From the NCBI GenBank assembly GCA_964617525.1, contig CAZTWG010000001.1, positions 1 through 14,922 on the forward strand: a DNA stretch of 14,922 bases. Reading direction: 5' to 3'. The position numbers and the translations under genes are program-made. This document shows, piece by piece, positions 1 to 6,128 of the stretch (its first letter is position 1; each line of letters opens with the position of its first letter). Origin of the DNA: an uncultured Gammaproteobacteria bacterium (GTDB lineage Bacteria > Patescibacteriota > Patescibacteriia > UBA2591 > UBA6264). The notes below the pieces were generated by a model. It was not told the DNA's origin. It saw only the letters and a list, made by a program, of their open reading frames with translations, and did no database searches.

Positions 1-2
1 AT

Positions 3-737
3 AATCAAGTTTTTGCTGCTGACTTTCAATATGTTGCGCCCGAGAATATCAAAGAATTAGATGTTGGCAGAGCAGTCAAAACAGAAGGAGTAGTGATAGC
101 TGAACCTGGGGTTTTGGGGCTCCAGTTTTTTTATATCAACGGGATTCAAATTTATTCTTATTACAAAGATTTTCCAAAACTAAAAAGGGGCGATAAAATT
201 GTAGTTCAAGGGATTATCTCTCAAGCACGGGGAGAAAAAAGAATTAAAACCAAAACAAAAGATGATATTCAAATTTTAGAGCGTCAGCTAATAGTTGAGC
301 CACAAGTAATTGAAATTCAAAAGATTGATTATAGTTTGGTTGGCAAGTTATTGAAAATTCAGGGTCAGGTTATAGAAAAAACTGGTCCACGGATTTTTAT
401 CAGCGATGAACAGTCGGAAATAACAATTTATATTAAAGAATATACTAATATTAATAAAACGATTATCCAAGAAGGAGATAATTTAGAGGTTACGGGAATA
501 TTAAATCAGAATAATGACGAGTTAAGACTTTTGCCTCGTAACGACCAAGATATTAATTTTATTGTAGTTGAACCAGATATTTTACCACAAGCAAGTTTAG
601 GATTTCTAAACATAGAGGGTTCAGGTCATGCTCGTGCTATTAATTTTCAACCATTAAAACCATATTTTATAATCAGTGCTACAATTTTGGGCATAATTTT
701 AATTATTTTAATTATTATTAAGAAATTCAGAGACTAA
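3..737 (+). CDS. Tail-anchored protein with two OB-fold-like barrel repeats; 5' end lies outside the window
   Basis: The frame of ORF 93-737 stays open to the window edge (NQVFAADFQYVAPENIKELDVGRAVKTEGVV...) with no in-frame ATG before 93, so the gene starts upstream. Two similar modules are present: VKTEGVVIAEPG...RGDKIVVQGIISQARGEKRIK and LLKIQGQVIEKTG...EGDNLEVTGILNQNNDELRLL. The C-terminus is one hydrophobic helix, YFIISATILGIILIILIII, followed by KKFRD. TAA at 735-737. OB-fold assignment is by pattern only. Confidence 0.65.
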   Translation, partial: NQVFAADFQYVAPENIKELDVGRAVKTEGVVIAEPGVLGLQFFYINGIQIYSYYKDFPKLKRGDKIVVQGIISQARGEKRIKTKTKDDIQILERQLIVEPQVIEIQKIDYSLVGKLLKIQGQVIEKTGPRIFISDEQSEITIYIKEYTNINKTIIQEGDNLEVTGILNQNNDELRLLPRNDQDINFIVVEPDILPQASLGFLNIEGSGHARAINFQPLKPYFIISATILGIILIILIIIKKFRD

Positions 738-742
738 ATCAA

Positions 743-787
743 AACTGACCCGACGGGTCAGTTTCTAAGGTCAGTTTTGGGTCAGTT
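743..787. repeat. Octamer GGTCAGTT iterated four times (one inverted copy 743-750; direct copies 756-763, 769-776, 780-787); the first pair forms a 10-bp hairpin at 742-764
   Basis: Read directly. AAACTGACCC (742-751), loop GAC, GGGTCAGTTT (755-764). GGTCAGTT then recurs at 13- and 11-nt steps. Only TTT follows the hairpin, so it is at best a weak terminator for the upstream gene. Confidence 0.5.
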
Positions 788-803
788 ATAGTTTAGCTAT
801 AAT
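775..803 (+). promoter_or_regulatory. Candidate promoter for the 847-2277 gene (-10 TATAAT at 798-803, poor -35)
   Basis: Perfect TATAAT hexamer 44 nt upstream of ATG 847. The -35 position (TTTTGG 775-780 or TTGGGT 777-782) is weak and overlaps octamer copies 2 and 3. Confidence 0.3.
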
Positions 804-846
804 ATTCAAGTTGACAAAAGGTCTATTTTTTGCTTCAATATTAGAT

Positions 847-2277
847 ATGAGACGATTTAAGATAATAATTTTTGGTATTTTTCTTGCTTCAATAATCCCA
901 GCTAGGGGACTTTTAGCTTTGGGTCCAATCCCCGTTAAAAACGCTGAGAAAAGATATAACTTTAATTCGTCTGGAATTATTGACTGGGATTATAGTACGA
1001 TTCATTGGGAAAGGGGCAAGGTAAGTTTAGAAGAAGGAGAGGGAGGCTTTGTTTCTTCTGGAGTTTTGTGGACGGATGATATTCGTTTTAGCCCTGACAT
1101 TTATTCGTTAACCCTCACTGGTGTTTATAGCCAACCATCAGGGACTAATATTTTAGCTTTTGTTAGCTTTGATAATGACATTAAGGAATATCCTTTAACC
1201 TGGGGTAGCTCTTTCGAGCCAAATGCTATAAGCAAGAAAATGCGTCTTAAGATATTTTTTGCTACATCTAATCCTGATTTATCTCCAGAACTTGACGAGT
1301 TGTATCTAAAAGTTGAGTTGAAAGATCTTTCTAAAAATGGTCCCAGAAATCGTGACAATAAAAGAGTGTCAGATTTAAAAAGAATGAATAAAGTTTTAGA
1401 TAAATATTATGACTATTTCGGACATTATCCAGTGGTTAGCGCCAATGGATTAGAAAAAGAGAGTCAATGGAGTACGTTAGAAAGTATTCTAGATTCAGCG
1501 ACCTTGCATTATAGAAAAAATTATAAATATGGTTTTAGAGATCAACCAGAAGGAGTGGATGATGACTATAAATATGGATATCTAACTAATAAATCAGGAA
1601 ATAATTTTTTACTTTGGGTAAAATTAGAGCAAGAAGAGTCTAAATATTTGGAAAATTCTTGGAAAGAAGAAACTTTCAATATTAATTGTGAGTCTCCTGT
1701 TTTTTGCATTTCTTCAATCTTGCCTTATGAGCCTGACCTAAAAATTCGTTTTTTTGAAGAAGAGGAAAACGAAGGTGATTTAGGGGATGGCAATGTTCAG
1801 TTTATCAAGGAAAAGGACAAGAAAAAAGTTTATCTTAATTTAAATGGTTTTCGTTTATGGCTGAATTCTCCAAAGGTTTTTGAGGACGTTGGAGGCATTT
1901 GGGATGGTATTATTGATTTAGGTTCAGCTGTTGAGGAAATACCTTTAGTAAGGTTTATTCGCGCCGAAGGAGATGAGAAGATTTATTTGGTTTCTGAGAA
2001 TGGCACTATTAGGCATATGTTAAGCCAATCAATGGTTGATGCTTATGGAGGGTTTGATAAAATAATTACTGTGAGTGAGGAAATTATTAACGCTTTACCA
2101 CAAAATTATTTGATTAGAGCTGAGGGAGGCACTAAGGTTTATTTATTGGACCAAAAAATAAAGAGATGGGTAACTTCACCTCAAATTTTAGAAAGATTGA
2201 ATTTTAGTTTTTCAGATGTAGTGGAGGTCAAATCAGAAGAAATAAAATCTTATGCAGAGGGGACTCCTATTTTTTAA
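847..2277 (+). CDS. Secreted or membrane-anchored mosaic protein: signal peptide, beta-rich domain, pilin-like segment, three C-terminal ~53-aa repeats; function unknown
   Basis: ORF 811-2277. ATG 847 is preferred because MRRFKIIIFGIFLASIIPARGLLA has signal-peptide n/h/c layout. RDNKRVSDLKRMNKVLDKYYDYFGHYP (from 1351) resembles the alpha1-C motif of type IV pilins and GspG pseudopilins. Three tandem repeats span 1795-2274: VQFIKEKDKKKVYLNLNGFRLWLNSPKVFEDVGG..., VRFIRAEGDEKIYLVSENGTIRHMLSQSMVDAYGG..., YLIRAEGGTKVYLLDQKIKRWVTSPQILERLNFS... Confidence 0.8.
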   Translation: MRRFKIIIFGIFLASIIPARGLLALGPIPVKNAEKRYNFNSSGIIDWDYSTIHWERGKVSLEEGEGGFVSSGVLWTDDIRFSPDIYSLTLTGVYSQPSGTNILAFVSFDNDIKEYPLTWGSSFEPNAISKKMRLKIFFATSNPDLSPELDELYLKVELKDLSKNGPRNRDNKRVSDLKRMNKVLDKYYDYFGHYPVVSANGLEKESQWSTLESILDSATLHYRKNYKYGFRDQPEGVDDDYKYGYLTNKSGNNFLLWVKLEQEESKYLENSWKEETFNINCESPVFCISSILPYEPDLKIRFFEEEENEGDLGDGNVQFIKEKDKKKVYLNLNGFRLWLNSPKVFEDVGGIWDGIIDLGSAVEEIPLVRFIRAEGDEKIYLVSENGTIRHMLSQSMVDAYGGFDKIITVSEEIINALPQNYLIRAEGGTKVYLLDQKIKRWVTSPQILERLNFSFSDVVEVKSEEIKSYAEGTPIF

Positions 2278-2353
2278 AGTTAAGATTATTATATTCATTC
2301 CATAGTTAGGCCTCATAGAATGGGGCACAGCCTTGGAGTATTTTTTTATACAC

Positions 2354-2384
2354 AAAAAAACACCTCTAAGAAAGAGATGTTTTT
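2354..2384. terminator. Bidirectional rho-independent terminator between the 847-2277 gene and the tRNA pair
   Basis: Stem ACACCTCT (2360-2367) / AGAGATGT (2373-2380), which has one G-U pair in the minus-strand RNA and a C-A mismatch on the plus strand. Loop AAGAA. Flanked by A7 (2354-2360) and T4 (2381-2384), so the minus-strand transcript ends in a U-run right after tRNA-His. Confidence 0.55.
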
Positions 2385-2385
2385 A

Positions 2386-2460
2386 TGGGGCGGCTAGAGG
2401 GGATCGAACCCTCGTCAGTAGAGCCACAACCTACTGTTCTGCCATTGAACTATAGCCGCC
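2386..2460 (-). tRNA. tRNA-His (anticodon GTG) with genomically encoded G-1 and 3' CCA
   Basis: Reverse complement folds as a cloverleaf: G(-1) GCGGCTA TA GTTC AATGGCA GAAC A GTAGG TTGTGGC TCTAC TGAC GAGGG TTCGATC CCCTC TAGCCGC C CCA. The acceptor, D, anticodon and T stems all pair. G-1 opposite C73 is the His identity element. Confidence 0.93.
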
Positions 2461-2471
2461 ATAAAATAAAA

Positions 2472-2546
2472 TGGTACCCCCAAGAGGAATCGAACCTCTA
2501 TATCCAGCTTAGAAGGCTGGTGTTCTATCCGTTGAACTATAGGGGC
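2472..2546 (-). tRNA. tRNA-Arg (anticodon TCT) with encoded CCA
   Basis: Reverse complement: GCCCCTA TA GTTC AACGGATA GAAC A CCAGC CTTCTAA GCTGG ATAT AGAGG TTCGATT CCTCT TGGGGGT A CCA. Stems pair, with G1-U72 and U6-G67 wobbles in the acceptor stem. Confidence 0.9.
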
Positions 2547-2556
2547 TCAACTTTAT

Positions 2557-2585
2557 ATTTTAAATTTTCTTTTTTTTATCGTGAA
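2557..2585 (-). promoter_or_regulatory. Possible tRNA promoter embedded in the 3' end of the recombinase gene
   Basis: The minus strand reads TTCACG (2585-2580), 17 nt, TAAAAT (2562-2557). This sits 10 nt upstream of tRNA-Arg position 1, and the -10 overlaps the recombinase stop codon. Weak -35; speculative. Confidence 0.25.
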
Positions 2586-3489
2586 AATTTTGATATATTT
2601 CTTTTAAATGTTCATTAGTAACATGGGTGTAAATTTGTGTTGTGGTTATATTCTTGTGTCCTAACAATTCTTGGACTGCTCGTAAATTAGCTCCATTAGA
2701 GAGAAGGTCCGTAGCAAAGCTGTGCCTAAGGGTATGAACAGTAATCTTGCGAGTTAAACCTGCAACCCTGGAATACTTTTGAACTAACCTTTGGATGGAA
2801 CGAGGAGTGATACCTAGTGATTTTTGATTATCCTTCGCAGCTCGATCATAACGTATAAAAAGAGATGGGTCAATATCTGTTCTTTTCTCAAGATACTTTT
2901 TTAGCCAATATTTAGCTTGATTAGAGAGAAATACTAAGCGCCATTTTTGTCCCTTTCCACGTATACTAAATTCATCTTTATTTAGATTTATGTTTTCTTT
3001 CTTAAGGTTGGTCAGTTCTGAAACCCTTAGTCCAGTTGAAAAAAGTAATTCTAAAATAGCTTTATCTCTCCACGCAATAATTTCTTTTTGCTTTACCTGT
3101 AAAGGAGCGTTGAGTAGTTTTTCCAAATCATCTCCTTCTAAAAAAGATATTTGCCGTTCTCCCGTTTTAGCTAGTTCAATCTTTTCTGGCGCTAGAGATA
3201 TAATATCTTTAATAGCTAGATACTTAAGAAAGCAACGGATAGCTATTAAATGATAGTTTCGCGTTGCTAAAGACAAGTTATCTTTATGATAATTTTTTAA
3301 ATGAGATAACCAAAGACGGAATTGTCTAACAAGCTCTTTAGTAATTTCCTGTGGAGAACTTATTTTAGACTGTTTAACAAATCTTTGCAAATAAAAATCA
3401 TAATTTCTAATGGTTAAGGGGCTACAGCCCTTTTCAATCTCTAGATATTCCAAAAATTCAGTGATTAGTTTTTTTATTTCGCTAGGCAT
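2560..3489 (-). CDS. Tyrosine site-specific recombinase, XerC/XerD-like
   Basis: 309 aa. The N-terminal core-binding style segment is LITEFLEYLEIEKGCSPLTIRNYDFYLQRF. The catalytic set is recognisable: R in STGLRVSEL, K in IRGKGQKWR, HxxR in HTLRHSFAT, and H and Y in LGHKNITTTQIYTHV. Confidence 0.9.
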   Translation of the reverse strand: MPSEIKKLITEFLEYLEIEKGCSPLTIRNYDFYLQRFVKQSKISSPQEITKELVRQFRLWLSHLKNYHKDNLSLATRNYHLIAIRCFLKYLAIKDIISLAPEKIELAKTGERQISFLEGDDLEKLLNAPLQVKQKEIIAWRDKAILELLFSTGLRVSELTNLKKENINLNKDEFSIRGKGQKWRLVFLSNQAKYWLKKYLEKRTDIDPSLFIRYDRAAKDNQKSLGITPRSIQRLVQKYSRVAGLTRKITVHTLRHSFATDLLSNGANLRAVQELLGHKNITTTQIYTHVTNEHLKEIYQNFHDKKKKI

Positions 3490-3498
3490 ATGATTTGC

Positions 3499-3526
3499 AT
3501 TTTATTGATTATTGAGTTTTTGTCAA
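3499..3526 (-). promoter_or_regulatory. Promoter of the recombinase gene; near-leaderless geometry
   Basis: The minus strand reads TTGACA (3526-3521), 16 nt, TAAAAT (3504-3499). Only 9 nt (GCAAATCAT) separate this from ATG at 3489, and there is no Shine-Dalgarno. Confidence 0.5.
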
Positions 3527-3555
3527 GATTTCACGACGCATTAATAGCATAATGT

Positions 3556-3584
3556 TTGACGTTTATGTTCAGATAATATATGAT
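3556..3584 (+). promoter_or_regulatory. Plus-strand promoter-like element pointing into the GT4 relic and NUDIX gene
   Basis: TTGACG (3556-3561), 17 nt, TATGAT (3579-3584). It lies back to back with the recombinase promoter. It shares TAATGTTTGAC...ATAATATA with the rpsO promoter. Confidence 0.4.
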
Positions 3585-3631
3585 TTATAGCAAAGAAAGC
3601 AAAAAATCAAAGCAGATAAGGAATTGTATAA

Positions 3632-4050
3632 GATAAGTATGCGGTTTTAATAGAGATAATTGATGAGGCTATAATTTTTTATGGAAACATTAAAGACATT
3701 AAGGCAGTTTTAAAAGGCTTTAAGCCGGATATTATTAATTCTCATACTTTTTATCTTACGCCAAATGTAATAAAAGCTAATTCGTGCAATATCCCAATTA
3801 TATTAACCTTACACGGCGATTTATTAGGTTATGGCAATGATGCCGACAAGAAACTCTTTATTGATATGGTGCCCCTTTTAAAAAAGTGGTAACGGTTTGT
3901 AACCACGGATATAATCGGCTTAACAAAGAAGGCCACATCAGTAGAAATAAATTAAGAATGATTAAATGTTCTATCGATACGGATATATTTAAACCGCGAC
4001 CATTTAATAAGAATGAGTTAAGGGAAAGCATTGAGGCTTCCAGAAAATAA
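3632..4050 (+). pseudogene. GT4-family glycosyltransferase relic, N-terminal half (5'-truncated and frameshifted)
   Basis: Frame 2 (3632-3892) reads ...AVLIEIIDEAIIFYGNIKDIKAVLKGFKPDIINSHTFYLTPNVIKANSCNIPIILTLHGD...MVPLLKKW*. Frame 1 (3865-4050) continues VVTVCNHGYNRLNKEGHISRNKLRMIKCSIDTDIFKPRPFNKNELRESIEASRK*. There is no start codon. A stop at 3629-3631 leaves roughly 60 or more N-terminal residues of a normal GT4 fold missing. Confidence 0.75.
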
Positions 4051-4609
4051 ATTTATCGCCACAATACCTGCTCGCATGACGTTGTACAAAGGTTTACATT
4101 TTTTACTCCAGTCTTTACAAGAGATAAAAGACAATAAAGAAAACCTCTTTTTTTTAGTGGCAACTCCTTCTAGTAGGTATAGAGAAGAAGAGATTTTATT
4201 TGCCAAAGACCTCATAGAAACCGCCAAAAATTTTGAATTAGACAACATGTTTTCAATTAGTTTCTATGATTTTGTTTCAATGCCGTTTTTGTATAATGCC
4301 AGTGATTTACTAATTATTCCTTCAATGACTGAACAATTGCCAATTTCGATTATGGAGGCTCAATCATCAGGTTTGCCAGTAATCGCTACTAATGTAGGGG
4401 GAGTAAATGAAATTGTTGTCAATGGCCAAACAGGATATTTGGTTGAATATGGTGATGCTAAAAAATTAGCTCAGTGCATATTGGACCTTTATGGTGATAA
4501 GGGTAAATATCTTGTTATGTCACAAACAAATAGAGAGATTGCTGTGTCAAATTATTGTAAAAGTAAAATGATTACCAGTTATTATAATTTATTTCAATCA
4601 TTAATTTAA
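4031..4609 (+). pseudogene. GT4-family glycosyltransferase relic, C-terminal (Glycos_transf_1-like) half; longest surviving ORF
   Basis: LRLPENKFIATIPARMTLYKGLHFLL... then EQLPISIMEAQSSGLPVIATNVGGVNEIVVNGQTGYLVEYGD, the typical E-x7-E retaining GT-B donor-binding region. It continues the 3632-4050 reading after a +1 shift near 4028-4031. Confidence 0.8.
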
Positions 4610-4633
4610 TTCGTGTATTAAAAATAACAAATT

Positions 4634-5104
4634 ATGAACAAAGAATTATACAATAATAGTTATAAACTTTACCAAGAGATTTCTGCTGGTGGTGTTGTTA
4701 TTGTCCAAAGAGATGGGCATTGTTTTGTGGTTACCATAGAAAGGGGGAATGTTAAAGATTTCTCTTTGCCGAAAGGTCATCAAAATCCAGGCGAGTCGCT
4801 TCAGGATACAGCCATTAGAGAGGTTTATGAGGAAACCGGATATAAGGCACAACCCATAACATATCTTGACTCTTTTACTTATTTTGTTCAATCCGATAAA
4901 CAAAAGACAATTACAATCAGAACTGTACACTGGTTTTTTATGAAAGCAACGAACAAATCAGACAGAAAGGCTGATTGCGAGGTAAAAAAAGTTTGCTTAA
5001 CTCCTGTTGAAAATAATTTCTCGTTTTTAACCTATGACAACGATAGGATGTTTATAGAAAAAGTAAAAGAGTTATTAAAACAAAAGAAGATTTTTGAGAA
5101 TTAG
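4634..5104 (+). CDS. NUDIX hydrolase
   Basis: GHQNPGESLQDTAIREVYEETGY fits the Nudix box GX5EX7REUXEEXGU exactly. 156 aa, intact ATG to TAG. Confidence 0.9.
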   Translation: MNKELYNNSYKLYQEISAGGVVIVQRDGHCFVVTIERGNVKDFSLPKGHQNPGESLQDTAIREVYEETGYKAQPITYLDSFTYFVQSDKQKTITIRTVHWFFMKATNKSDRKADCEVKKVCLTPVENNFSFLTYDNDRMFIEKVKELLKQKKIFEN

Positions 5105-5119
5105 TCATTTTTTTAACAT

Positions 5120-5308
5120 ATGATAGAAGATATCACAATAATAGTTACAACATGGAATTCAATCAATGTTCTTAAGCTGTTTTGGTATTATTTTTTAAAG
5201 TATACAAAACAACCATTTAAAGTGATTGTTGTTGATAATGGATCTTCAGATGGTACTTTGACTTTTTTAAAAAAATGTAATGTTACGATAATACGAAACT
5301 ACGAATAG
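5120..5308 (+). pseudogene. GT2-family glycosyltransferase relic, N-terminal fragment
   Basis: ITIIVTTWNS...FKVIVVDNGSSDGTLTFLKKCNVTIIRNYE* is the canonical GT-A start (xxVxxYN / VDNGSxDGT). It ends in TAG at 5306-5308, just before the expected N-x-G-F...D-x-D block. Confidence 0.75.
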
Positions 5309-6035
5309 CGATGATATTATTGTTACGCCGAATTGGCTTGAGAATTTATTAATTGCGTATCATTCGGATGGTAAGATAAGGTCAATCTCTCCAATTAAAT
5401 CAGGAACTGCGGTGAGATACCCATATGACAGTAAGTCTTGTCGTGAAGTTTGGGACGCTATGAAAAAAATAAATCCAGATAAATCCCCATCTGAGCTAAT
5501 AGATATTTATTTAAATGGCAAAACCATTGAGGAATTTGATAATGACATAAGAGCTGTTAACAATTTTGATTTGGAAATAGTAGAATCGCCACCAGATTTT
5601 GTGTCGGGTTGTTACGTTTTAGTTGAAACAGAATTTATTAAAAATATAGGTGGTTTTTCAGATACTAGATTCAATTTATATGGATGTGAGGATGTTGATA
5701 GATGTTGGCGGATAGGAACAGCAGGTTTTAAGGTGGCCCGTACTAGCAGTGTATTTGTCCATCATTTTGAGGGAATGGCATTAAATAATAATAATTTGGA
5801 TTGGAAAAAATTATTATGGGACAACAATAGATTGTTGATTGCTAAATGGAGCGATAAATTTTGGGACATAATAAGAAAAGAAATTGCTAGTGGTCAGGAT
5901 ATATTAGAAATTGTCAGACGCCATTGGATAATTGAATGGCTATTACAAAGCGTTGTGCCCGATGATTTACAATTAGCAATCAAGCAATGTAAAGAAAAAA
6001 CAGCATCACACTTCCCTCAACGTTTTAAAAACTGA
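5292..6035 (+). pseudogene. GT2-family glycosyltransferase relic, C-terminal fragment (ORF track 5412-6035)
   Basis: A different frame, open from 5292, reads YETTNSDDIIVTPNWLENLLIAYHSDGKIRSISP...GCEDVDRCWRIGTAGFKVARTSSVFVHHF. The first possible start is GTG 5412, well inside the domain. About 25 aa of the GT-A core between the two fragments are absent. Confidence 0.75.
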
Positions 6036-6088
6036 TTTTTTGGTTTAGTGATTTATTTGTTCTTGAGGACGGGATATTTTCAAAAGAT

Positions 6089-6128
6089 AAACGCCAACGA
6101 AAATATTGATATTCATTGGCGTTTTTTT
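6089..6128. terminator. Rho-independent terminator shared by the convergent GT2 relic and ndk
   Basis: AAACGCCAA (6089-6097) pairs with TTGGCGTTT (6116-6124). An inner AATAT/ATATT stem is present. The T-run extends to 6128 on the plus strand and overlaps the ndk stop at 6127-6129. Confidence 0.6.

Noticed and set aside
811-846. TTG 811 as start of the mosaic protein
   Set aside because: The extra MTKGLFFASILD precedes a textbook signal peptide that begins at ATG 847. TTG directly at a putative TSS is unlikely. The 5' boundary remains uncertain.
2305-2340. Relatively GC-rich patch (TTAGGCCTCATAGAATGGGGCACAGCCTTGGAG) in the intergenic region, considered as a tRNA fragment, att scar or small RNA
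   Set aside because: It has no convincing stem-loop and no similarity to either adjacent tRNA that I could align by eye. It is left unexplained.
2385-2618. 77-aa plus-strand ORF
   Set aside because: It lies directly on top of the two well-folding minus-strand tRNA genes and the recombinase 3' end. Its peptide is just the antisense reading of tRNA sequence.
2386-3489. Classical tRNA-targeting genomic island (integrase plus tRNA)
   Set aside because: The recombinase sits on the 5' side of the tRNAs, not next to a tRNA 3' end. I could find no duplicated tRNA 3' fragment elsewhere in the window. The protein looks Xer-like rather than phage-integrase-like.
3547-3572. dif-like site next to the Xer-type recombinase: GCATAA ... 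TTATGTTCAGAT recalls the E. coli dif arms GCGCATAA / TTATGTTAAAT
   Set aside because: The CATAA and TTATG half-sites are 10 nt apart rather than about 6. The match is short for AT-rich DNA. The same bases are explained by a TTGACG -35 box. It cannot be supported without a genome-wide dif search at the GC-skew terminus.
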